Origin: Acidobacteriota bacterium
GTDB lineage: Bacteria > Acidobacteriota > UBA6911
NCBI GenBank assembly: GCA_963664705.1
Contig: OY761556.1
Span: 320,001-384,000 of the forward strand
DNA length: 64,000 bases
Direction of reading: 5' to 3'
A program made the position numbers and the translations under genes. Positions 49,066 through 58,756 of this stretch are shown in pieces (position 1 is the stretch's first letter; the number at the start of each line of letters is the position of its first letter). The notes under the pieces are model-generated. The model was given only the letters and a program-made list of their open reading frames with translations, was not told the origin of the DNA and searched no databases.

Positions 49066-50514
49066 ATGAATCTTACCGATGCTCATGCGATACAGAAGGC
49101 GGTTAATTCCGGCGCAATAACTGCGCGGGAAGTGGCCGAACAAGCCCTGGAACGAATTAAGGCGGTCGATGGCAGGTTGTCCGCGTTCCTGAACACCAAC
49201 ACAGAGAAGGTTCTCGCCCGTGCCTCGGAAATCGACAAGACAGTGCGCGAGAAAGCGCTTCCGCTTGCCGGTGTCCCTGTTGCCGTGAAAGACAATATTT
49301 GCGCCAAGGATCTGCCCACAACGTGCGGCTCCAAAATGCTGGAGCACTACGTGTCTCCGTATAACGCAACTGTCGTCGAACGGCTGGAGCGTGCCGGAGC
49401 CATAGTAATTGGAAAAACCAATTGCGATGAATTCGCGATGGGGTCGTCTACGGAGAATTCGGCATTCGGACCAACCCGAAACCCATACGATCTGGATCGG
49501 GTGCCGGGAGGAAGCAGTGGCGGCAGCGCCGTGGCGGTTGCGGCCGAAATGGCGCCCCTGGCTCTGGGTTCCGAAACCGGTGGTTCCGTTCGTCAGCCGG
49601 CTTCCTTTTGCAATATTGTGGCCCTGAAGCCAACCTATGGACGAATTTCGCGGTATGGTCTGGTTGCATTCGCGTCCTCCCTCGACTGCATCGCGCCGAT
49701 CGGCAACTGCCCGAAGGATATCGCACTTCTGCTGTCTCAGGTTGCGGGCAGAGATGCGCATGATTCCACCTCCTCGACGGCGGCGGTGCCGGATTATCTG
49801 TCGGAAATGAACCGGCCGATTAAGGGAATGAAGCTCGGGATTCCCAAGGAGTTTTTTGGTGAAGGACTGGATCCCGAAGTTCGATCGATCATTGAAGCGG
49901 GTATCCGCAACGCGGCGTCTCTTGGGTGCGAATTGGTCGAGGTCTCATTGCCGCACACAAAGTATGCGATCGCCGACTATTATATTATTGCCCCCGCCGA
50001 GGCGAGTTCGAATCTTGCGCGCTATGATGGCGTGCGGTACGGCTTCCGCGTGGATTCCCCTGCAGACCTGCAGGATATGTACAAACGAACGCGAAGCGAG
50101 GGATTTGGCGCAGAGGTGAAGCGGCGAATCATGGTTGGGACGTACGCGCTATCCTCCGGCTATTACGAGGCCTATTATGGACGCGCCATGCGTGTCCGGA
50201 CGCTGATCAAGCGCGATTACGACCAGGCCTTTGAGCGCGTGGACGCGATGCTCAGTCCGGTCAGTCCAACCCCGGCCTTCAAAATCGGGGAGAAGGCGTC
50301 CGATCCACTGGCGATGTACCTTTCCGATATTTACACCGTCACCGCAAACCTCGCCGGGATTCCGGCACTTTCCTTGCCCTGTGGGTTTACTGCGAACGGC
50401 TTGCCGGTAGGGCTTCAAATTCTGGCCAACCAGTTTGAAGAAGGGAAACTGCTTCAGCTGGCGGATGCCTATATGCAGGCTTTTCCGGTGCCCAAGTCAG
50501 GCCGCAAGGTTTAG
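49066..50514 (+). CDS. gatA: Asp/Glu-tRNA amidotransferase subunit A
   Basis: KTNCDEFAMGSSTENS, PGGSSGGSA, SETGGSVRQPA, GFGAEVKRRI. Confidence 0.96.
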   Translation: MNLTDAHAIQKAVNSGAITAREVAEQALERIKAVDGRLSAFLNTNTEKVLARASEIDKTVREKALPLAGVPVAVKDNICAKDLPTTCGSKMLEHYVSPYNATVVERLERAGAIVIGKTNCDEFAMGSSTENSAFGPTRNPYDLDRVPGGSSGGSAVAVAAEMAPLALGSETGGSVRQPASFCNIVALKPTYGRISRYGLVAFASSLDCIAPIGNCPKDIALLLSQVAGRDAHDSTSSTAAVPDYLSEMNRPIKGMKLGIPKEFFGEGLDPEVRSIIEAGIRNAASLGCELVEVSLPHTKYAIADYYIIAPAEASSNLARYDGVRYGFRVDSPADLQDMYKRTRSEGFGAEVKRRIMVGTYALSSGYYEAYYGRAMRVRTLIKRDYDQAFERVDAMLSPVSPTPAFKIGEKASDPLAMYLSDIYTVTANLAGIPALSLPCGFTANGLPVGLQILANQFEEGKLLQLADAYMQAFPVPKSGRKV

Positions 50515-50636
50515 GAGCACTCCTAATTCCTGGACACGCTCCTTAACAAACTCTCGACTGCGGGTAGGCGGTTTCCAAACTGGCTGCCCGCGGTAAAAAA
50601 TCTTCGCTCAATTTGCCGTCCGTTCATTAGATAGGC

Positions 50637-51143
50637 ATGAATATCCTATGGCCTGCTTTGGTGTTTGTTTGTCTGCAGTCCCTTGTCGAGGTAGCCAGGG
50701 AAGAGGCGGCAAGGCGAGAAGCACTGGACCGACAGGGAATCCAGGTCCGCGTTATCGACGCAATTCCGGAAGGGCATATGATTTTGTCGAGCGGCAGTCC
50801 CTCGTCCCGGACAATGAAAGAGCCCGTGCCGGTGAAGGAGAAGGTCTCTGTTTCCAAAATCAGAGATGAGCTGCGGCGGCTGGATCGGGATATCCGGCAG
50901 ACCCAGGAGCGCATTGAATCATGCCGCGCGCGACTGCATTCAGCGCGCTGGGCAATACCTAAGACAGGGAGAGTCTCGGGATCGGTCGATACCGAACGGG
51001 CACAGAACAAGCTCAAACAGGAAATGGAGCAATTACAGAAACGGCTCGAGAGGCTTCAGCAGGAGAGATCTGTTCTTTATGATCGAGGCCGGAAGGCGGG
51101 TTACCTGCCGGGTGAATTGACGGGGAAGGGCATCATTCCGTGA
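50637..51143 (+). CDS. Hypothetical coiled-coil protein with N-terminal hydrophobic segment
   Basis: 168-aa ORF between gatA and rsmI; QSLVEVAREE start and RKAGYLPG end. Confidence 0.6.
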   Translation: MNILWPALVFVCLQSLVEVAREEAARREALDRQGIQVRVIDAIPEGHMILSSGSPSSRTMKEPVPVKEKVSVSKIRDELRRLDRDIRQTQERIESCRARLHSARWAIPKTGRVSGSVDTERAQNKLKQEMEQLQKRLERLQQERSVLYDRGRKAGYLPGELTGKGIIP

Positions 51144-51999
51144 TCCCGGATTCCTCCTCGCCGCTCTGCAGTTCGCTATTTAGTTGGTCATAGGCCTCCC
51201 GGCGGCTGATGCCACGCTGTTTGGCCACCGATTTCAGCGCTTCGTTTCGTGCAAGCCCGGTCTTTCTGATTTCATCCTCGAGATGTTGTTTGATGGATTC
51301 CGGGAAATCCGTATTCGCCGGAGATATCTCTCCGCGCTCGACCACAAGGGTGATTTCGCCCATAATTTCCGGGCGTTCGCGCAGTACTCCCAATATTTCC
51401 GGAATCGTGCCGTTCAGGAATTCTTCGTGAATTTTTGTCAGTTCGCGGGCAACGCTGACTCGGCGTGCGCCCAAAATGTCCGCCATGTCTTCGAGTGACG
51501 CGAGAAGACGGTGCGGAGCCTCGTACAGAATGATGCTAGAGGGGATTGAGGCCAGCTCCTCTAGCCTGCGTCGCCGCAATGAGCGGCGGGGAGGGAGAAA
51601 CCCTGCAAAGTAAAATGTGTCCGAGGGAAGGCCGGAGGCGATCAATGCAGAAATGGCGGCCGAGGGACCGGGAATCGGGACTACCTGTATCCCCTCTTTG
51701 CGGCAGGAGGAAACCAGTTCGTATCCGGGATCTGAAACCAGTGGTGTCCCGGAATCGCTGACCAGGGCAATGCTCTTGCCTTCCTGCAGCATCCCGATCA
51801 GCTGCGGCGTGCGGCTTTCTTCATTGAACTTGTGGTAGCTTTCCCGGGGAGTGCCGATGCCATAGCGCGAAAGAAGCTTGGAGGTGTGGCGCGTGTCTTC
51901 GCAGGCGATCAGATCCACCTCTTTCAGGATGCGCAGTGCGCGCAGCGTGATATCTTCCAGGTTTCCTACCGGCGTGGCAACTATGTACAGGATGCCCAT
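51133..51999 (-). CDS. rsmI: 16S rRNA C1402 2'-O-methyltransferase
   Basis: LYIVATPVGNLEDITLRA, ACEDTRHT, VSDSGTPLVSDPG, YEAPHR, ARELTKIHEE. Confidence 0.96.
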   Translation of the reverse strand: MGILYIVATPVGNLEDITLRALRILKEVDLIACEDTRHTSKLLSRYGIGTPRESYHKFNEESRTPQLIGMLQEGKSIALVSDSGTPLVSDPGYELVSSCRKEGIQVVPIPGPSAAISALIASGLPSDTFYFAGFLPPRRSLRRRRLEELASIPSSIILYEAPHRLLASLEDMADILGARRVSVARELTKIHEEFLNGTIPEILGVLRERPEIMGEITLVVERGEISPANTDFPESIKQHLEDEIRKTGLARNEALKSVAKQRGISRREAYDQLNSELQSGEEESGITE

Positions 52000-52010
52000 A
52001 ATTTTGATTT

Positions 52011-52048
52011 ACAATAACGAATAAAGAGCCATGTCATTCGTCATTCGT
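52011..52048. repeat. ACGAATG-family heptamers in both orientations between pdxJ and rsmI
   Basis: ACAATA ACGAATA ... CATTCGT CATTCGT. Confidence 0.65.
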
Positions 52049-52052
52049 AATT

Positions 52053-52784
52053 TTAGTTCATGGCTTGGAGCATTTCGCGGACAGCCCGATCCAATCCTAC
52101 CAGGGAAGCTCTTGCGATGATATTGTGGCCGATATTCAGCTCTTCAATTTCTGGAATGGCTGAGATGAGCCGTACGTTCCGGTAGGTCAGTCCGTGGCCG
52201 GCCAACACCTTTAATCCTTTGCCGGCCCCGCGCTCCGAGGCTCGGACAATCTTCGTCAATTCGTGTTGCAGCGAGGCGCCGGCCAGATCGGGGCTTTTCG
52301 GCGAAGCTTCCGAAAAGGCACGCGTGTTTAATTCGATCATCCGGGCTCCAAGATCCGCCGCTGCATCCACCTGTTCCGGGTCCGGGTCAATAAAAAGGCT
52401 TACCTGGATTCCTTTGTCCGCGAGCGTCTGGATCGCATTTGCCACGGCATTTCTGTTTTCGATGACGTTCAAGCCACCCTCGGTCGTGATCTCGCTCGGT
52501 TTTTCGGCAACGAGCGTTGATTGATCCGGGCGCAATTCCAGAGCGATCCGGACCATTTCTGAAGTGGCGGCCATTTCCAGGTTCAATCGCGTCGTAACAG
52601 TCTCCCGCAATCGAAGGACATCGGCATCCTGGATATGTCGGCGATCTCCACGCAGGTGAACGGTAATCCCGTCGGCACCGGCCAACTCCGCAATTACGGC
52701 TGCGGCCACCGGATCCGGTTCGATGGCTTGGCGGGCTTGACGGATGGTTGCAATGTGATCAATATTCACTCCTAGCTTGGTCAT
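52053..52784 (-). CDS. pdxJ: Pyridoxine 5'-phosphate synthase
   Basis: [42 protein letters not shown]; start at MTKLG. Confidence 0.96.
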   Translation of the reverse strand: MTKLGVNIDHIATIRQARQAIEPDPVAAAVIAELAGADGITVHLRGDRRHIQDADVLRLRETVTTRLNLEMAATSEMVRIALELRPDQSTLVAEKPSEITTEGGLNVIENRNAVANAIQTLADKGIQVSLFIDPDPEQVDAAADLGARMIELNTRAFSEASPKSPDLAGASLQHELTKIVRASERGAGKGLKVLAGHGLTYRNVRLISAIPEIEELNIGHNIIARASLVGLDRAVREMLQAMN

Positions 52785-52797
52785 GATAGCCCCCTTA

Positions 52798-52832
52798 ACA
52801 ATTGACAATTGACGATTGACGATTGACGATTT
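52798..52832. repeat. ACRATTG heptamer array just upstream of the pdxJ RBS
   Basis: ACAATTG ACAATTG ACGATTG ACGATTG ACGATTT. Confidence 0.88.
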
Positions 52833-52874
52833 GCCGTGGAACGGCGGCCGTAACTTCACCTGCAAAACACCAGG

Positions 52875-54306
52875 CTAAGATTCCAAATAATCAACCAATC
52901 TTTGCAGGCGTGTCAGCATCTTCTCCCTGCCCAACACCTGCATCACCTCGAATAGTCCGGGTGCAACTCCCTGCCCGGTCAGTCCGACGCGTAGCGCATT
53001 GATGAGAAGTCCCGCTTTTACTCCCTCTTTTTCTGCGAAGCGGCGCAGAGTGTCTTCTGTAGATTGAAGCGTGAATTCCGGACTCTCCCGGTACTGATTG
53101 AGCAATCCCTGGATCAAGTCCTTCAGCTTTCCATCGGCCAGAAACTTGTCGGCGGCTGATTTTTCATAGGCGAAATCATCCGTAAAAAAGGCACGGAAAT
53201 TGGTGCTGAAGTCGCCCAGTTTCCGGGCGCGGGGCTTCAATAATTTCCAGGGTCGGATTCAGATCTGTCGATGGCTGCGCATCGTTCCAGATGCCGGACC
53301 GTTTCAAGGATTCGGTTACCAGGGATCCGAGAATTTCGGGAGGCGAGTTTCTTATATACTGGCTGTTGAACCACTCGAGTTTTTCGAGCCCGAAGACGGC
53401 ATCGGCCTTGCCCACTCCGTCGAGTGTAAACAGTTCGGCGAGCTCGCGGCGGGACAGCAATTCGCGATCGTCTCCGGGAGACCACCCGAGCAGGGACAGG
53501 AAGTTGAAGAAAGCATCCGGCAAATACCCCATGTCGGCATAGGCCATCACCGACGTAGCGCCGTGGCGTTTGGATAAACGCTGTTTGTCGGGGCCGAGGA
53601 TCAGCGGGAGATGGGCAAACTCAGGAATGCGCGCTCCCGCCGCGCGATAAAGGAGGATTTGCTTTGGCGTGTTCGAGATGTGATCAGCGCCTCGGATGAC
53701 ATGTGTGATATTCATGTCCATGTCGTCCACGACGACACCCAGGTGGTAGGTGGGAACGCCATCGGTGCGCAGCAGGACAAAATCCTCCAGGATGTTGTTT
53801 TCCACTTCGATTCTGCCAAAGACCCTGTCCTCAAAGGAGGTTTTGTCCGGCGGTACGCGGAAGCGTATGGCAAACGGGTGCCCGGAGGCGGCTCGCTGTT
53901 CGGATTCTTCATCGCTGAATGCGGCGCAGGCATGCTCCTTCTGGTTCCACGATTTTTCCTGTTCGTCGTTTTGGGCGACCGTTCCTTCGCTCTTGCAGAA
54001 ACATCGATAGGCGCTGCCATTCGCAAGAAGCTTCGCGGCAAAATCCCGATACCGGTCCAATCGCTGCGACTGGAAAAATGGGCCTTCATCCCAGGTCAAT
54101 CCCAGCCAGCGCATGCCCTGCAGGATCCCTTCCACCATTTCCTCGGAGGAGCGTGCAAAATCGGTGTCCTCGATACGGAGTATAAACTTGCCGTTATAAT
54201 GGCGGGCGAACAGCCAGTTGAACAAAGCGGTACGGGCTCCGCCGACGTGCAGATATCCGGTGGGGCTTGGGGCGAAACGCACTCGAATCTCTTCGTTCTG
54301 AAACAT
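52875..54306 (-). CDS. gltX: Glutamate--tRNA ligase, interrupted by a single-base frameshift at about 53245
   Basis: RFAPSPTGYLHVGG, LRIEDTD, RLSKRHG in ORF 53176-54306; anticodon-binding domain (LRVGLTG..PGLFE) in ORF 52875-53240; removing one A gives LELLKPRARK and 476 aa. Confidence 0.92.
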
Positions 54307-54347
54307 TGCAAACCTCGGGAAACACCAAGCTTATCATAAGAAGAAGG

Positions 54348-54375
54348 AGAAGTCAGAAGTCAGGAGTCAGAAGTC
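54348..54375 (+). repeat. AGAAGTC heptamer array between gltX and tRNA-Ser
   Basis: AGAAGTC AGAAGTC AGGAGTC AGAAGTC. Confidence 0.85.
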
Positions 54376-54476
54376 GAAATCGGGGGGGGAAAGCCGTTTT
54401 TTGCCAATCATTGGTGGATTTTGGGATTCGAATTGGGTACTATGAGCACTCGACCGCGAAGTATCCAAATGCCTTC

Positions 54477-54572
<96 letters not shown>

Positions 54573-54677
54573 TCAATCGGTCCATTCCGGACACATAGGT
54601 AACACTTCTTCCCCCCAGACCAGCCTACTTTTCTCCACATTGGTGAAACCGCGGAAATCCCATTGAAATAAACCTGG

Positions 54678-56074
54678 ATAAACCTGGACACCCACTATTT
54701 TTGAATATTTCTTCGCTCAATTCCCATGGTTCGCCATTAGTAACTATGCGAGGAGGCAAACCATGGGATTGGCAAGAAACAACTATGTCATCGAAGGGGA
54801 GGAAGGTGTTTATCACTGCATCAGCCGATGCGTCCGCAGAGCTTATCTTTGCGGATATGACCCGTTTAGCGGCCGGGACTTCTCCCATCGCAAAAAATGG
54901 ATTCTCGATCGTTTGAAACATCTTGCCGGCATCTTCGCCATCGACGTATGCGCTTACGCCATCATGGAAAACCACGTGCATTCCATCTTGCGCACTCGAC
55001 CCGACATTCTTCGCTCCTGGTCTGATTCCGATGTCGCCGCTCGCTGGCTTGAGCTTTGCCCCCGAAAATCCTGCATCGGCAAAAAACCCCTTCCTCCTCG
55101 GGCTGAACAGATCCAGGCCTTAACCGATTGTCCGGAACACATTGCGGTTCTGCGCAAGCGGTTGGGCAGCTTGAGTTGGTTCATGTCCAAATTCAATGAA
55201 TTCATCGCGCGCAAGGCCAACAAGGAGGATATCGTCAAGGGCCGCTTCTGGGAATCCCGCTTCAAATGCCAGGCACTCCTGGATGGCCCCGCTATCACAG
55301 CCTGCATGGTCTATGTTGATTTGAATCTGGTCCGGGCCGGTATTGCTTCTACTCCCGAAGACAGCGACTTCGCCAGCATCCAGGAGCGTCTCCGCGCCTG
55401 GCATCGCCAATCCTTGTCCCAGCAACCAGCCTCTCAACCCAGTGATTCGGACCCGGCTTTCGATCATTCTCCACTTGAAACTGCTTCCGACAGCTGGCTG
55501 GCTCCGATTCAGTCCACCCCCGGTCGACGGGGCATCCTCGACATATCCGCAGCCGAATATTTTGATCTGGTCGACCGATCGGGACGCGTGATTCGCTCTG
55601 ATAAGCCCGGGTTCATCGACGCCCGCCTTGCCCCGATCCTGAATCGCATCGGAGCTGTTCCCAAGGAATGGAGGGAAACCATATCTCATTTTGGTTCCAC
55701 ATTCCTGCTGGCCGCAGGCAGCCTGACCCACATGCGTGAATTCGCAGACCGGCTCAACCGGCATTGGTTCAAAGGCTTGTCGACCGCTCGATCCGTTTTC
55801 GCATAACCTCAAGGCTGATCGCATTCCAGATCAATAGGATCTGATCCAAACCTATACTGCGCGCCCCTTCCAGACTTCGCGGCTCTCTTCGCAGCAAGCT
55901 TGCTCGCAGGCCTCGAGCAGAATAGCCAAGCCCAAAACCGAGGAGCATTCAGAATTCTCGCTTTCGATCCACCTGACACATCTTGGGCAAATTATGGAGG
56001 TCCAGGCTAATCCTATCGATTCGACAGATAGGGACGTCCGCGTCTATTGAAAAACAATGGGTGTCCTGATTTAG
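54678..56074 (+). mobile_element. Putative element: RAYT-like transposase between 25-bp imperfect inverted repeats
   Basis: Left ATAAACCTGGACACCCACTATTTTT (54678-54702); right reverse complement CTAAATCAGGACACCCATTGTTTTT (56050-56074); 20/25 identical. Confidence 0.62.
54763..55806 (+). CDS. REP-associated-type (RAYT-like) Y1 HUH transposase
   Basis: YHCISRCVRRAYLCG, AYAIMENHVH (HUH), ARKANKED..GRFWESRFK, YVDLNLVRAG; GAGGAGG RBS. Confidence 0.9.
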   Translation: MGLARNNYVIEGEEGVYHCISRCVRRAYLCGYDPFSGRDFSHRKKWILDRLKHLAGIFAIDVCAYAIMENHVHSILRTRPDILRSWSDSDVAARWLELCPRKSCIGKKPLPPRAEQIQALTDCPEHIAVLRKRLGSLSWFMSKFNEFIARKANKEDIVKGRFWESRFKCQALLDGPAITACMVYVDLNLVRAGIASTPEDSDFASIQERLRAWHRQSLSQQPASQPSDSDPAFDHSPLETASDSWLAPIQSTPGRRGILDISAAEYFDLVDRSGRVIRSDKPGFIDARLAPILNRIGAVPKEWRETISHFGSTFLLAAGSLTHMREFADRLNRHWFKGLSTARSVFA

Positions 56075-56197
56075 GATGGGTGTCCTGATTTAGCTGATTT
56101 AGCTAAAGGGAGGAGACGCTTTGGCCGATCAGATATGTGTATAACCATATTTGCGGCACACGATCCTGGATCGTTGGCTTTGCCGGAGGAGACGATT

Positions 56198-56380
56198 ATG
56201 AATATCTCCGCGATCAGTGCAGGTCTGACGACCTATTCTCAACTGTCCCGTATTTCCCAGCCAGATCAGAAGGCTTCATCAGAAGAGGCTTCTGAATCTG
56301 CGGCGGAGGCCGCGCAGGAAGCGAGTTCGGGTCAGGAGGAAGGCACCATATCTTCCAATCACGTTGATGTGAGAGTGTGA
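56198..56380 (+). CDS. Small acidic Ser/Ala/Glu-rich protein (60 aa)
   Basis: GGAGGAG RBS; MNISAIS...SNHVDVRV; followed by the hairpin GGGGGAGCC/GGCTCCCCC (56408-56437). Confidence 0.6.
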   Translation: MNISAISAGLTTYSQLSRISQPDQKASSEEASESAAEAAQEASSGQEEGTISSNHVDVRV

Positions 56381-56523
56381 TCAGGTGATCACTCTTTTGG
56401 ATTAACCGGGGGAGCCCAGCAAACTACCGGCTCCCCCAAAAAACCTCTGCCGGCCTTGCTTGCACTGAGGTGCCAGCATTTGCCGCGCAAGGCATTGGTC
56501 ATATTTGGAAACCGCCCTCACCG

Positions 56524-57435
56524 CTAGCTTGACTTCTTCAGTCTTTCGTAATCGTCCAGGAGTTGCCGGATATTGGGCTCAAATACTTTCTGCCACCCGA
56601 CAATCCGGTCAATTCGGAATGTGGTAAATGTCTGTTGTCCTTCCGGCGTTTCGTGGATTTTCAACCCCCGGCTGATTATCAGCTCTCTTTGCGCCGGATC
56701 CAACGAATCGCGCAGGCATAACATGGTTGGAACTAATGGTGGGGATGTGGCCAGGATTCTCAGTTGCTTTCCTACCTGTGGATTCAGCGCCACCGCTGTT
56801 TCGAAGGCTGAGCGAATGACAACCGCTGCATCTATCTGTCTGAAAAAGACGGGAAGAATAGCCTGATTGGCTTTGGCGACGAATCGGCGTTCCCTCAAGG
56901 ATATTTCCTTTCCTGGAGGTCGATTTCTCAATAGATAGGTTTCCAGCCAAATGGGCGCAAGGCAATCACGACCTCGGTTGTTGAGCGCAACCCTCTTCCC
57001 CTCGAGATCCTTCGCGGATTCGATCAGGCTGTCCTTTTGCACAAGGAGAACATATTCGACCGTAATCTGCCCGTTTTGCTCGTAGGTCAGGTATGGCTGT
57101 GCGGGGAACTTCTTCGGATACTGAAGATATTCATGAGACCCTATCGCCACGATATCGACTTGTCCCTTTTCCAGAAATTCCTTCGCTTTATCGATATCCG
57201 CGAACACATAGCTATCTGCATTCTTCCAGGATGATCCGCCGATTTTGGCTACCCACACTTTGGCGGCCGCAAGGACATCGTCCGTATTTACATCCGCCGC
57301 TACGGTAGAAGAAAGAAAGCCAATGCGCAGCACCGAGAGATTTGCCTCGAGGCCTCGAACCGCCGTAATTCCGCCGGACAACAACACAAGGCTAACACAG
57401 ATAATCAGTCCGGATCTAAATAGCCTTGTTTGCAT
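56524..57435 (-). CDS. PhnD/SsuA/transferrin-family periplasmic binding protein
   Basis: Signal peptide, LRIGF, DLEGKRV, AILPVFFRQIDAAVV, LNPQVGKQLRILATSP. Confidence 0.78.
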   Translation of the reverse strand: MQTRLFRSGLIICVSLVLLSGGITAVRGLEANLSVLRIGFLSSTVAADVNTDDVLAAAKVWVAKIGGSSWKNADSYVFADIDKAKEFLEKGQVDIVAIGSHEYLQYPKKFPAQPYLTYEQNGQITVEYVLLVQKDSLIESAKDLEGKRVALNNRGRDCLAPIWLETYLLRNRPPGKEISLRERRFVAKANQAILPVFFRQIDAAVVIRSAFETAVALNPQVGKQLRILATSPPLVPTMLCLRDSLDPAQRELIISRGLKIHETPEGQQTFTTFRIDRIVGWQKVFEPNIRQLLDDYERLKKSS

Positions 57436-57848
57436 CCTCAAGACCCTTTTGGCCAAATTGCCGTCGGTCAATAATCCAGGCAGTTCCCAATGCCTGCAGC
57501 TTGAATGCATATCGATGCGGAGCATGCCGGACTTTAGGTATAGCCAATAACGCTGCAGTCATAGCCTGGCGTGTATACCCATTAGTTGTTACATAGAATT
57601 TTTCCAGGTCAACTGCATCGAAATTGGAACCCAGAAAAATCTGGGTTGCCGGGAATCCCCAGTTTTCCGGCGGCAGCAGGCCGGTTTTGCCTATTTTCCT
57701 CTTGTTCCTCAGGGTGGAAATGCATATAAATGGCAGGCTAGCTATTATTTCGAAAGCAGGTAACCCGGGAAATAGTGAAGTATCTTGGGGCATGGCCCGG
57801 AATGTTGAGTATTAAGCCCAGCAAGAATCTATATTGGAGAACAATTCC

Positions 57849-58703
57849 ATGGAAATCAGATTAAACGCCAGCGGACAAAACGATCTATCAACCAAAGTCT
57901 GTTTCAGCGACGAGAACGGATTTGAAGTCGCTTCAACAATCGTCATGGGAAAGAAAGATGCCATTCTCATCGACGCGCAGTGGACGTTGTCCAATGCTCA
58001 CCGCATTATCACCGAAATCCTGGAAACAGGCAAAAATCTCACGACGATCTACCTTTCCCATGCTCACCCGGATCACTACTTTGGAGCCGGCGTGATTGCC
58101 CAGGCTTTCCCCAAGGCTCGTGTGGTTGCGATTCCTTCGGAAGCAGACATCATGAACAAGCAGTTCTTCGGCAAAATCGAGCATTGGGAAGGCATCATCG
58201 GCGCCCAAAATGTTTGCCGCGTCAGCGCCAAAATCGAATCTCTGAAGGAGAATAAGCTGGAATTGGAAGGCCAGCCCCTCGAGATCATGACAAAGGTCAT
58301 GGGCGATATGCGGTACAACACCATGGTATGGATCCCCTCGATCAAGACGCTGGTTGCCAGTGATGTTCTGTTCAACCAGGCCCACCCCTTTACCTGTGAG
58401 CTCACCAAGGAAGAGCGCGCACAGTGGATCAAGGATGTCGACAAGATCGAAAAGATGGGGGCAGAGGTGATCATCCCCGGCCATCAAAAGCCCGGATGCC
58501 TGTTCGACAAAAGTTCTCTCGATTTCACGCGAGAATATATCGTCGTGACCGAGGAAGAGCTTGTGAAGCAGGATACCGTAGCCGGCTTCTATCATGCGAT
58601 GGCAGACCGGTTCCCGCAAGCCAACCTCGTTCGCCTGAGCAACGGCATGAACGCGATGGTATTCAAGGGCGGCCTGGATTGGAACTGGCGCGAAATCGAA
58701 TAA
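57849..58703 (+). CDS. MBL-fold metallo-hydrolase
   Basis: LIDAQ, YLSHAHPDHYFG (HxHxDH), ASDV, IPGH. Confidence 0.88.
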   Translation: MEIRLNASGQNDLSTKVCFSDENGFEVASTIVMGKKDAILIDAQWTLSNAHRIITEILETGKNLTTIYLSHAHPDHYFGAGVIAQAFPKARVVAIPSEADIMNKQFFGKIEHWEGIIGAQNVCRVSAKIESLKENKLELEGQPLEIMTKVMGDMRYNTMVWIPSIKTLVASDVLFNQAHPFTCELTKEERAQWIKDVDKIEKMGAEVIIPGHQKPGCLFDKSSLDFTREYIVVTEEELVKQDTVAGFYHAMADRFPQANLVRLSNGMNAMVFKGGLDWNWREIE

Positions 58704-58725
58704 GTGCTCGCCAACCCGCAAACAG

Positions 58726-58756
58726 AAAAGTCCCGCTGCAAGGCGGGACTTTTTTT
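58726..58756 (+). terminator. Intrinsic terminator
   Basis: AAAAGTCCCGC-tgcaag-GCGGGACTTTTTTT. Confidence 0.85.

Noticed and set aside
52785-52865. N-terminal extension of PdxJ in the ORF track ([12 protein letters not shown])
   Set aside because: This is the heptamer array read in frame; the real start is MTKLG at 52784 with its own RBS.
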